From contig NC_058135.1 of NCBI RefSeq assembly GCF_016433145.1, positions 272,957,222 to 273,021,221 on the forward strand: a DNA stretch of 64,000 bases, given 5' to 3'. A program made the translations under genes and the position numbers. This DNA comes from Gracilinanus agilis. Its lineage: Eukaryota. Numbering within the stretch: position 1 is the first letter of the stretch; each line of letters starts with the position of its first letter. The notes under the pieces were generated by a model. That model was not told the origin of the DNA. It saw only the letters and a program-made list of their open reading frames with translations, and made no database searches. Below are positions 49,444 through 61,448 of this stretch, piece by piece.

Positions 49444-49529
49444 TTCTAGCCCAAGGCAACTTAGAAGTTTGGCATATCTCATTTATCCATCTATCTGTTC
49501 ACCCTCTACTCTTTTACCCCAACAGTCTA

Positions 49530-49569
49530 CCATCCATCCATCCATCCATCCATCCATCCATCCATCCAT
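49530..49569. repeat. (CCAT)10 microsatellite
   Basis: Perfect tetramer array. Confidence 0.95.
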
Positions 49570-49587
49570 GTGAAAAGGTCTAAGCTC

Positions 49588-49775
49588 ATGGAAGTGGTGG
49601 ATTGAGAACTAGGTCTAGAGATGTGAGGTCTTGGGTTCAAATCTGTCCTCAGACACTTCCTAGCTGTGTAACTCTGGGAGAGTCATTTGATCTTCATTGC
49701 CTCACTCTTACTCTCTTTTGCCTTGGAACCAATACTTGGTATTAATTCTAAGATGGAAGGTAAAGGTTTAAAAGA
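49588..49775 (+). mobile_element. SINE1_Mdo-type SINE (diverged)
   Basis: B box, core and tail. Confidence 0.82.
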
Positions 49776-51187
49776 AAAGGGAAGGCCTAAGCTTTTATTT
49801 TTTAAAAATAGATAACCTCTAGTTATTGATAATGTACATACTGATAATTTAGAAAATTTTTAAATAGAGGTTGAGGTTAATATTTAAAGTTGTGACTGTT
49901 GCCGCCATCTTGTTCTATCCTATGCAAAACTAAAGAATTTAAATATTAATCTAACCTTGATTTATAATAGTGTGATAATATATTTCCTTTTGATCCCCCT
50001 ACATCATTAAAAATAACTTGCCCAAGGAAATGCTTATAAAGAATATTGGGGGAGGAAGAGATGGGAGCAAGGAAGATATTAGATTATTCTCTGTAGATTC
50101 TCCATAGGATCTTCCTTTTGCATCTAATAACCATTTTTTGCTATGATTGGTTTTCCTACTTTTCCCTCCAAAAAGAACAGCTGACATGTATGTTATTTCT
50201 CAGTTTGAAAAATGTTTTATGCATATCTCATTTGAGTCTCATGATACTTGTGTGACTTAGGTATTACAGGCATTGCTACCTCCAAATTCTTCAGAGGAGT
50301 CAGCATATTGTGATTGGTAAAGATCTTGTATTAAACCCCCAAAGACTGCAATTCAAGTCCTGCCTCTGACACATACTGGTTGTATGACCTTGGACAAGTT
50401 ACAGAACCTTCCAGTGCCCTAAGCAGCTCTCTAATTATGCAAATTGAGGTGAAAGGCCAGTAATCTAATATTAGAGGGAGTTTCTTTAGCTTAGAGCTCT
50501 CTATACCAATGGAATCACAGGTGCAGATATATACTTTTTTATCTCCATTTTACAGATGAAGAAGCTGTGGAGCTCATAGGCTAAATGTATTGTTCATGAT
50601 CTTAATTGACTGTGCCATAATATGGTCAAATACAGAAAAAGATTTCCTTCTTTTCCCTTCTCCCACCCATCAGTCTCTTCCTTTCCTTGCCAATATGTAG
50701 TTTGGGAAAGTTCACATTCAGGGTTGGGTATCCTCTCTTCTTCTCTATTCTGTCTCTCTTCCATATAGAAAACATGGGCTTCTACTTGATTTTCCAGGAC
50801 CAGTTATGGGCACTGATGAGACAAATGGTCTATTTTTCATTATACTTAGAGGAGCAAATGACCATATCTAGGGAAAGTCTACATAGATTGTTTAACCAGT
50901 TTAGAGGAAGTTTCTATTCAGGTTTAGCAATTAGCCTATAGCTAGGGTTGGGATGCCAGTTTACTTTGCATATCTAGTCCTGATTCTATATCTGCATTCT
51001 ACTCCATACTTTCCAAGCTTATAGGACATCTCTAGTGGGTTATTTTGTGGTTCTCTTAAACTGACCTTGTATAAAATGCAACTCATTACCTTCTCTCTGC
51101 CCCTGAGGTGACTTCCTTTCTCTATTCTATCGAGTAACTTTCAATCTAGTCCAGTCCACTTAATAAAATTTTCCTCATCTGTTAAAT

Positions 51188-51432
51188 AGGCAGCTAAGTG
51201 GAATAGTGGATAGGATACCAGGCTGGGAGTTGGAAAGTCATAAGTTCAAATCTTTAATCTTAGTTACTTGCTCTCTGTGTGACCTTGGGAAAGTCACTTA
51301 ACAGTTATCTCATTTTCTTCACCTGCAAAATGAGCTGGTGGAAAAAAAAGGCAAACCACTCCAGTATCTTTGCCAAGAAAATCAATGGGATCCTCAAGAG
51401 TTAGAAAGGACTCAAAGTGACTGAACAACAAG
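51188..51432 (+). mobile_element. MAR1-type CORE-SINE
   Basis: Head, core and aaaccactccagtatctttgccaagaaaa tail. Confidence 0.8.
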
Positions 51433-51520
51433 ATCTGTAAAATGAAGAAGTCAAACTAAATGATGTACAGCTTTTGTTATAAAGGCTTCTATTGAAAACA
51501 GTGCTACCTTCTCCCTAGGG

Positions 51521-51972
51521 CAGTGATGGTGAACATTTTAGAGACAGAGTGCAGGGGCCCACCCCACCAGACCTTGTGCTATGCCCCCCCCCCCCGAGAT
51601 TGTGTGCCATGTCCCCCATCCCCACCAAGTTCTGGGAGTGTCCCTCCCCCCTTATCCCACAAAGAAGAGGGAGAAAGCACTCCCATTGGGCTGCTATATG
51701 ACAAGTGAGGAATGTTCTCAGCAAATGTAGAGAAGGGGAGGGGAGTGGCCCAAGTGTTCTGCTTCCATCCAGCTCTGCCACCTGTGAACCCCTCACCTGA
51801 CCCCCCGTGTGTTCTCATTGGTCTGCTGGGTGGAGGGGCATGGTGGAGAAGGGGAGGGGAGCAGCTTTGCCCAAGTCCCTCTGCCTTTCTAGTAATGAAC
51901 TGGGGGATCAGCAGGTGGAGAGGAGAGCTGCATGCCATCTTTGGCATCAGTGCCATAAGTTCACCATCATTG
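51521..51972. mobile_element. hAT MITE, family D (GC-rich)
   Basis: TIR CAGTGATGGTGAAC / GTTCACCATCATTG. Decayed TSD ccctaggg/ctcaaggg. Confidence 0.85.
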
Positions 51973-52896
51973 CTCAAGGGAGACCATTTCATTTTTAAGC
52001 AGTTAAATCTTTTAAAAAGTTTTTCCTTTATTTCAAGCCCAAATTCATATCTCTTCAACTTTTATGCTTTGTATTTTGTTTATTGCCTATGTCAAAGGAC
52101 AAACAAAACAAATTAAATCCCTCTTCCATAATTCTACTTACTTATGTTACAAGGAAACTATTTTGAAACCATAACCATTAATGTAAATGGAAGCCATAGG
52201 AATTCTTATCACTAACTTGACAAATTGATCCAGAATAAGGAGGATTCTGCAGTACCTAAGAAATAATTTCTAGAGTTTCTGTCTTTAGTACTGATAAGGA
52301 AAGGGGGATCTAGGGAGGTTAAGTGACTTTCCTAACTCCATACATACTCTTAGCTTGATGAGCCATGATTATAATACACTCACTTTCAGATTCAGCATCC
52401 TTCTTGATACAATTGACCAGAACCAGGAAATTTAAGAGCCCAGAGCTAAAAGTCTGATCAGTATAAATACATAGATACATTTAGAGGCAGATAATAGGCA
52501 GCCTTAGAGTGAGGAATCTGTGGTTTCAAGCCCCATCTCTAATACATTCTGATTGTACAACTCTGAGAAAGTCAATCTTTCAATAGCATTGTAGGAGGCA
52601 GCGTCCATAGCAGTTATGATTTTTGCTGCTGAAAGTACTGGTCCAGACCAAAATACAGCCCTCTTAGATCCCCAACCCCCAAAACCTCAACCATGAAATA
52701 CTGACGAAGAAACTGTGATAGATCCATGAAATAAAAGGAAGACATTTTGTGTTGAGATCGTATAATTTATTTAAAGCATTTTCCAGGATATTACTCTTAA
52801 GAACAGCTTTCTACTGCTCTGGATAAATTCTACCTTTTCCATTTCCTCTCACTATGACTTGGGGCAAGGCATGCCCCGGGTCCCACATTATCCACT

Positions 52897-53826
52897 TCAT
52901 TTCTCACTTTGCTTCAATGCCCTGACCCAGAGTTTCTTCATGGCATTCTTCACTTCAGCATTTCTTAAGGAGTAGATGACTGGGTTCAGGAGTGGAGTGA
53001 TCACTGTGTAGAATACAGCCACCAGTTTGTCCATAGAAAATGTGGTGGAGGGTCGCATATAGATGAAAATACAGGGCCCGAAGAATAAGACCACTACAGT
53101 AATGTGTGAAGCACAGGTAGAGAGGGCCTTTTGGCGTCCCTCCTTGCTGTGCCCCCTCAAGTGTAGCAAGATTACAACATAAGAGGCCATGAGAACCCCG
53201 AAACTAATCACTGAAAGGCTTCCACCATTAACCACGATGAGCTGGCCTATGAATAAAGTATCTGTGCAGGCAAGTTCCAGCAGAGGGAGCAGGTCACAGA
53301 AATAGTGGTCAATCACATTGGGACCACAGAAGGGTAAGCGGAACATGAGGAGAATTTGGGCAATTGAGTGTAGGAAGCCGCCCATCCAGGCAATCCCCAA
53401 TAGGAGGCCACACGTCTGCTGGCTCATGATTGTCATGTAGTGTAGAGGTTTACATATGGCCACACATCTGTCATAGGCCATAACTGTGAGCAGGAAGATC
53501 TCAATGCCACCAAAGAAATGGATAAAGAAGAGCTGTGTGATACAGCCCTCGAGGGAGATGACTTTCCTCTCAGAAAGTAAATCCACAATGAGTTTGGGGG
53601 ATGTGGTGGAGGAATAACAGATCTCCACAAAGGACAGATGGCTGAGGAAGAAGTACATAGGGGAGCCAAGGCTTTTGCTGGCTTTGATGGTTAACACGAT
53701 GAGAGAATTTCCCAGCACTATAGCTGCATACATGAGCAGAAATACCACAAAGCAAACTCTCTGAACTTCTTGTTTGGGAGAGAGCCCCAGAAAAATGAAT
53801 TCTGTTACATTGTTCATCTGCCTCAT
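52897..53826 (-). CDS. OR4X2: Olfactory receptor, OR4X (OR4X1/2-like), 309 aa
   Basis: Intact [44 protein letters not shown] and the ending [11 protein letters not shown] resemble human OR4X2 as recalled. It has MAYDRC rather than MAYDRY. Confidence 0.93.
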   Translation of the reverse strand: MRQMNNVTEFIFLGLSPKQEVQRVCFVVFLLMYAAIVLGNSLIVLTIKASKSLGSPMYFFLSHLSFVEICYSSTTSPKLIVDLLSERKVISLEGCITQLFFIHFFGGIEIFLLTVMAYDRCVAICKPLHYMTIMSQQTCGLLLGIAWMGGFLHSIAQILLMFRLPFCGPNVIDHYFCDLLPLLELACTDTLFIGQLIVVNGGSLSVISFGVLMASYVVILLHLRGHSKEGRQKALSTCASHITVVVLFFGPCIFIYMRPSTTFSMDKLVAVFYTVITPLLNPVIYSLRNAEVKNAMKKLWVRALKQSEK

Positions 53827-55965
53827 GATTTCTAGTTAAGGGTTCAAGAGTTCTTCAAGACTTATTACTTAATAATTCAAGCCTTAAATCAGAAGAGTGG
53901 TCAAATGCAACCCCACCTATTACATAAAGAGTGGTCAATAGGGTAAATGCAAGGGCAAATTCATCAGGTGATAACCAAAAACCAAGTCAGCTTAAGGACC
54001 ATTAACAATGTAAGGTCAATGGGGTACAGATTTCAGATCTATAAGGAGTCTCATTGTTGAGATAAGGATTTATCAGGAAGATACAAGAGAAGAAGAAAAG
54101 AAGAGGACTCAACTAGAGCTGTAGAACAGTTGAAACTTAATGTCCTCCAACCTATGGCTTTTAACTCTTTTCTCCTGCTCCTCTGGATGGAATGACTGTT
54201 CTTGGGTAGCCACAAAGCATGGGTAGCTTACTAGGATGGAGTCCTGTGAAATGATAAAGAAGAAGAAATTCATTCTTTGAGATTAGTTAAGTGTCACCGT
54301 TACTATTTGGAAATCACCTTAGAGACCATTGAACTCAAGCTCTTATTTTATGACCAATAGAACCGAGGCCAGAGAATTCCATCCAAGTATTCGTTAAGGC
54401 TCTCCTGTATATTATTATGTGTAATATATAACTTTACATGTTATGCATAATATAATAAAACATTACATGTAAACATACATATTACATGACACTAAGCACT
54501 AAAGCTAAAGAAACAAACATAGTTTTTGCCCTCAAGGAATTTATACTTTATATATCTTTAGAGCTATCTAAAAGTTGAGGAGAGGGACACTTTAGTTGAC
54601 AGGAACTTATTTTCTCTCCTCTTCATTTTCTCTCCCCTTTCACTGAGCAATTAAAAAAAAAAGAACAATGAAGCTCCTTTAGGGAATTTTCATAGTCAAA
54701 CATGGTCATGCTGGCCATGTCCAAATATATATGCCTCATTCTGCATCTTGAGCTCATTTGCTCTCTGACAAGAAGAAGGTAGCAGGCTTAATCTTAGTCC
54801 TCTGGAATCCTGGTTTGATATTGCATAGACCAGGGAACTCAAGACTTTCAAAGCTGTTTTTCATTATAATGTTGTCATTGCATAAGTAGCAGAAGCTCAT
54901 TTATTATGGAATTTGGAATAAACCATATCCTCATAGAACTCCATCCAAAGTAATTTAGTAATCAGGTGCACAAGGAAGACATCACTATTTCTCAGTCTCC
55001 TTAAGGTCATGGAACTCCAAGTCTTTCACAGAGTCAAACCCCCTTTTGTTTTTACAGAACTTAGCATAGTTGGCAGATGACTATTACCTAAACACATACA
55101 AACCAGTGCATTTTACCAGGAACACGCTCCCAGTGAGATTGAATTCTTGGTGAAACTTTAAGAAGCCCAGCCTTCTAGTAGATGCTTAACAAATGTTTCT
55201 TGATTAATTTATTTCCAGAGCTGAATAGATACATACATGTAAACATATGCTAACAGATCTTCTTGGGAAAATTTCCTCTAGCCAGTTTCTCTGTCCATTT
55301 CTAAAGCCCCAGTGAGAAAAGACTCTTGGGTCTTGACAATGCAAAATACTTGGAAAAAAATTGAGTGTGGGTCAGGCAATTAAGTGTTGATCTTAATCCT
55401 GGGTACTAGCTTGCTCTGTATCTTAATTTGCTAACCAAGAAGCAGCCTGGTTTCCCCCACCTGGCATATCTTCTGACTCCTTGAGAATCTGGAAATTAGA
55501 GCTATTTTCTTCCTCTTGGACACTCAGTCACTGGGCATAAAGAAGAACTGTCTGATCCCAGCTATGCCTAAGAGGAAAGATCTGTCCATCTCAAGGCTAG
55601 TAAGCATTAGAATTATGAGACATTAGAGAGCATGAAGAATCTAAGGTTCAGAAAAGTCAGTCAATAAGCATTTTTAATCACCTTTCAGTCATGGTGATAA
55701 TTGCTGGGATGAAAAGGAAAAAGATAGTCTTGGTTTTCAAAAAATTTATAATCTAATGGTTGTACAGGTAAGAAGCTGAAATGCCAGAAGTTGAATACAA
55801 AACCTGTGAAATTATAATCAGCATTTTTCTTGATCTGCTTCTTAGAATCACAGAATTGGAAAGCTGTAAGGAGCACAAAGTTCATCTAGTACAACCCATC
55901 CCTGAAGAAGAATCCTTCCTAAAAAATCCTTTCCAAAAAAAAAAAATCCTTCCTAAAATCTGGTA

Positions 55966-56168
55966 GGGGGCAGCTAGGTGGCTCAGTGGATGGAGAGCCA
56001 GGCCTAGAGACAGGAGGTCCTGGGTTTATATCTGGCCTCAGACACTTCCTGGCTGTGTGATCCTGGGCAAGGCACTTGACCCCCATTGCCAACCCCTTAC
56101 CGCTCTTCTGCCTTGGAACCAATATACCATATTGATTCTAAGATGGAAGGTAAGGGTTTAAAAAAAAA
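55966..56168 (+). mobile_element. SINE1_Mdo-type SINE
   Basis: Full length. Confidence 0.92.
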
Positions 56169-58526
56169 GACCCTTAGTGTAGTATACTCTTCTCCAACTG
56201 CCTTCCAAGGTCAACTAGTCTACTTTTGGAAGCTCTAAAGTAGGTCTTTTAAGTCTGGGATCTATCAACTTTCAAAAATATTTAATAATTGAGTTTAATA
56301 TTCTGGAATCCACATATTTTATTTTAATAATAACACAATGTATTTAATTTTATGCATTTAATTATTTTGAGGTTTCATAAACCTCACTAGATTACCCTAG
56401 GGGTCCAAGACACAGATATAGATATATACATCATTAAGAATTCCTTTTCTAAATATTTAAGAAGTTTTTCTTGATTTTACACCTTCATTACATCCTCCAT
56501 CACAGTTAGGCTCTTAACACAAATCATGTCACACCCATCCCAAAGGGAGCCCAGAAAAGACAAGGGTAGACAAAGAGGAATAAATAATGAATAGGGCTTC
56601 TTCAAAGACTAGGAACAAGAAGCTCTGAACTCATAGTCTCAGTCCACATTCTCTACCTTCTCTGAATCACAAGAAGCATGGGGGTGGATTAGGGTGGGGA
56701 GTGGGATGCAACTCCAAAATGCCTCATCTCACATTTTAGCTTAAGGAGCTATCAGGAAATTTGCAGAAAGTAGATGGGATATTTCAGGGATGAATCTGTG
56801 AGCCTATTAACATCTGTAATACATTTGAATAATCAGAGCAAGAAAGGAACATCTGGTCCAACAGATTCATTCATTGATTGTATAGATTCAGTTTAATTCC
56901 ACAGTTTACTAAGAACCTGTCATGTTCAGGGTGCTATTGTGTTAGGTACCAGGGATACAAAGCAAGGAAAAACCCAATCTCTGCCCTCTAGTAGCTTACA
57001 TTTTGCCGAGAGGAAGCTGCTTAAAGAAGTAAAATTCTGAAGTCACAAAGATATTAAGTTGCAGAACTAGGATTATAGCCAACAACTTCTACCTCAAAAT
57101 GCCACTGAAGACTTGCCAGTAAACCACACAATATAGCCAACCCTGGATGTAGAAACAATCCCAAGAAAAGTCTCATAGCTTCTTTCTTAAGAAATATGCC
57201 AATAAACAGGAATCAGGGAAAACTTTCCCTACTGAGATCTCAGGAAGACTTAAAATTAATTTCATAAAACATCAAGATTTTATGGAGGGCTATTAAATCA
57301 TGAACAAGCCAAGAATTAGAAAAAAGACTTTCATATCTCCTTGGTTATTATTGCTAGTCAGAGCCATGAAAAGGATTTACTTCTTGTATTTTCTTAGAAG
57401 TAGAGGAACCTAAGTATCCTGTATCTTTTTAAAATCCTTCCTAGGGATATAGATATGAGAACACCTGGTCAAGTGCAGTGATTTTCTTGAGGAAGGGTCT
57501 TTTAAATAATCAGATGTTTATTTTCTCAGTTATCAAGCATGTTCTCCCTCTTGCTTCCCATCACCTGAAAAAAAAGGAAAAAAACACCTCATAATAAGTA
57601 AACAGTCAAGCAACACAATTTCTTAGGGGAAAGAAGGGTCTTAAGAAATAACTGATAACAGTTAGCTAAAAATTATCCTTTCCTCCTTACTGTACTACTT
57701 ACATTACCTGAGAGGGTCTCAGCTGAAAACAGGCTACCCCTTTCTCTTAGCTAGTGGCAGGGATGTTTGCTTTGGTGCTTAGGGGATGCCAGCTGAATAT
57801 GGAATAGTGGCCCAACAAAACACTGTCATTGCCCACTTAAGTATGTGAATTCAGGCAAGCCAATTTTCCCTCTTCTCTGAGAACAAATCCAAAGGGCAAA
57901 AGGGCACTTAGTCACCCAAGTTTCAGCCCATCTTGTTCTGAAACCCACCATTCAATAGAATGATTGGAAAAAAAACTGTTTCTAGACTGAGAAGCCCAAA
58001 GTTTATCAAATGGAAAATTGAAATCAGGGAATTGAGGTCCCTGAAGCTTTTCAGTGTCTCCTGTCAGGGGACTTTCCCCAGTAGACCAAAGTAAACTCAG
58101 AGGTTAAGGAACCTTTGATTTAATTGATCAACTAAGAAATCTCTGCCTTCTATCAGGTATCTACTTGATTTGGTTTTTTCTCCTTTCAGATAAGAATGAA
58201 GAAAAAAACGCATATCTCCCCAGTTGTACCACTTCTCTACCCAACTTTTGGGTGGCATTAATGAAGGTGGGGTACCTCAGGTAACACGTCCAGATACCTA
58301 GAAGTTCAAATTAGTGGAACCAATATTTATTTATCAATCTCTTGATTAATAAACATACCTAACTGGCCAGGGCAACATTTCTAGTGAAGGCTGCCCTGAA
58401 CTGAAATTAAAATGCAGTATTATAGGGTTCAGGATACAAAGAGAATAATGTTCACTACATAGCCTTGAAGCAAACTTTTTATTGTCTGAAGTTGGTAGTA
58501 TGGGGCTTTTCACTGTTATCTCTTAC

Positions 58527-58685
58527 CCTGGACCGTGAGACAGCTGTAGGCAGTTATTTTCTCATGTGAATGTTATTTTTGAGCTGTCTGGCCTTCACAG
58601 GAAGGCTCATTCTTGATTTCTACTTTTCCCCAGGGAAAAACAGGTTTTCTGGATAATGACTTAGTTTACCTCACTTCAATTAGGA
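58527..58685 (-). promoter_or_regulatory. Candidate OR4X promoter and first non-coding exon
   Basis: TTCCCCAGGGAA (58626-58637), TAATGA (58654-58659), CAATTA (58677-58682), and a minus-strand donor CAGG|GTAAGA at 58526. Confidence 0.4.
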
Positions 58686-59109
58686 TGGAGCTAAGAAATC
58701 TCTAAGCTCACAATCACACTGCAAAATGCCACCCTAATTTACCCAGTTTCTTTCTCATAGCACAATCATACAAACACACAGGGAGAAATTAATAAATGTT
58801 TGCCTTTATTCACCATTATTCACAAATTAATAGTGACATCACACCATTTTTACTGGACACTCTAAAGGCTACAGTTAGTGGGGCAATGGGGAGAGGATAC
58901 CTTGGAGTTCCTCTCTTTCAAGGATTCTTAACCTTTTTCATATCATGGACCTCTTAGGTGGTCTATTAAGGACTTTAAGGTCTTTTAAGAAGCTTTTTCA
59001 GAATTATTAACTGGATTATAAAGGAAACTAATTACATCAAAATAATTATTAAAATAGTTGATGGACCCCAACATAAGGACCCTTGATTAATCCAACTCAG
59101 TGATTTAAC

Positions 59110-59735
59110 ATTTTTATTTTATTTTAAAAATATTTTATTTCCCCCCAATTACATGTAAAACAATTTTTAACATTCATTTTCTTTAAATTTTTTAGTTTCA
59201 GATCCTCTCCTACATTCCCACCTTCCTTCCTGAGATGGTAAGCAATTTGATATAGACCTTACATGTGCAATCATGTAATATGTTTTCTCATGTTAGTCAT
59301 TTTGTGGAAAAGATCTCGAATAAAAAAAGGAGAAAGAAAGTGAAATATAGTAAGTTTTAATCTGCATTCAGACTCCATCAGTTCTTTCTCTGAAGGCAGA
59401 TAACATTTTTCATCATAAGTCTCTGGGACTGTCTTCAGCCACTGCATTGCTGGGAATTTATGGTTATTCATCAAGAAATATTGCTGTCACTATCTGGTTC
59501 TGCTCAATTCTCTTTGCTTCAGTTAGTGTTAAGTCTTTCCAGGTTTTTGTTAAATCATCCTGCTAGTGATTTCTTATAGAAGAATGATATTCAATCGCAA
59601 TCATATACCACAATTTGTAAGCCACTGCCCAATTGATGGAGACCCCCTCAATATCCAATTCTTTGCTACTATGAAAAACTACAATAAGTAATTCTGTAAA
59701 AATTGGTCTTTTCCCCTTTTTTGGATCTCTTTACA
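59110..59735 (-). mobile_element. L1 3' fragment
   Basis: Same 3' UTR family as 2373-3046. Confidence 0.8.
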
Positions 59736-60375
59736 ACCCAGTGATTTTAAATGAAAACAATTTCCAATAGTCTTCATAAAGACTTATGGATACTGTTATG
59801 GTATCTTTAATGGAATTTTCAGATCCTCACAGCTTAATTCTAAATCTAGGGAAAATGTGATAGCTTGAAAGAAACCATGAAACAATAGAGGGAATGGACC
59901 AAGAGATTTTAGTTCTGGAGAAGAATGAGTTTAATTCTTTTCAAAAGTTCTCTTTTTGTTTCATTGCAAGGTAAGGCATGGAAAGAAACACAAAGAGAAT
60001 ATTTGAGAGGTTTTAATTGGGATACTGAGAGAACAGAATGGTGGTACCATATTTCAGAATTGTGAAATTGATGTAGTGACAGTTAAAAATGAATTTGGCT
60101 CTCATCATTTATACATTGGGATAATTATTTATATTTTTTGTTTGTTATACTGTTGATAAATTGTATAGACAGTACTTTTAATATTTATTTAAGCCTAGGA
60201 AGTTGAGATAGGGCTTGGACCTATGATTTCATTGGTATAGGAAACTCACAGAAGAGAAAACTCCTTATTCCAGTGAAGGCTAGCATCTTCTCTGACATTA
60301 AGAGTTGTCCTGAGCACCGAGAGATTAAGAGACTAGGTCATGGTCACAAAGTCAATTTATATTCAAGGAGGAACT

Positions 60376-61448
60376 TGTCTATGGGGAAAACCTAAGTCTT
60401 CAAAGTTTGATTGCTACCACCCAAATCCACCCTTCTCCCAAAACCCACAGGAAATCAGGAAAGGAAATGGGGATTGAAATAAGGAAGGCCTGGGAGATCC
60501 AGAGGAATTAGCTAAGCTACAAAATCTCAAGAGAAAAGCACAGATTCAAGACCAGGTTTCAGCCCAAAGACCGAGCTCAGTTGGCCCTTCCACTCTGTTC
60601 CAACCCTCTGGGATCAACTGCTGCTAGTCAGGGTTCTAAAACCTCTCAACTGCCAGAAATTCTGCAATTAGCCTTTTGCAGGGTTGATTGCACCTCTGCA
60701 CTACATTTTGCTCATTTCTCTTTTTCTAAATTTGCATCTTGCAACATTTTCTGGTTACTAAGATCTAAGGAATTACTACTCTTATTCTAAGCTATATTCT
60801 AACTAAGCTCTTATCCCTAACTAAGTTTGCAAAATAAGAAAAAGAGTTGCTATCTTCTAAACTATGCTAAGACTAGACTAAGCTAAACTAGGACAGGTTA
60901 TGGTAAAGGCATAGGAAAGGAATGGGGATTTAAGTTTTGCAAAAAAAATTTTGAGCAGAAAGGAAAAGCACATTAAATGTAACATTCACAAACATTCTTA
61001 AAGGTAGCATTTGCTAACTAGAACAAAGTAATGAATTCTATCAATGTATCTATCTAATTTTATGAACTAAGAAGAAAAATATTAACTAAGAAAAAATTTT
61101 GCAATCTAAGCTCCTAAATTCTAGTTCACTTTCTAAAGTTAGTATGTGAATATGTTAGTACACTTATGCCTATGTTAGAAATGCTAGTAAGAATAAGTAA
61201 GACTATAATTATTTGTAAGTCTATTGGTCAAACCATAGACTTATGCTATGTACAATATTTACAAAGAAAGTTTAGGAAAATCTGTCCCTGTTCTAATTTA
61301 TCAAACTAACTAAACTGTCCCTGTGTGTTAGTAAAACTTATTGCTAAGGGTTAGTAAGCAAAATTTATATATTTACATGAAGTGTCAGGTGATTTGAGTA
61401 GAAGGTGTCTGAGCCAAAGTAAGAGAAAATTCTGTGCTAAGGCAGACA
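60376..61448 (-). mobile_element. ERV 3' LTR (~1.07 kb)
   Basis: Bounded by TGTCT...AGACA. Polypurine tract AAGAGAGGAGAG (minus strand, 61451-61462) lies 2 nt before it. The left end interrupts a MIR-like element. Confidence 0.85.

Larger units (their letters stand above)
48762..49467 (+). mobile_element. L1 5' UTR-like fragment carrying a SINE and a hAT MITE
   Basis: ggggcagagccaag...gcctgagtttcccc...aattctagagc...cccaaggcaacttagaag resembles marsupial L1 5' ends as recalled. Confidence 0.5.

Noticed and set aside
51515-52116. Cluster of overlapping 60-160 aa ORFs
   Set aside because: They arise from the GC-rich family D MITE, with no protein signature.
55911-55960. Short aatccttcctaaaa repeats before a SINE, considered as a spacer array
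   Set aside because: Three degenerate slippage copies with A runs and no unique spacers. No CRISPR-like structure is present anywhere in the window.
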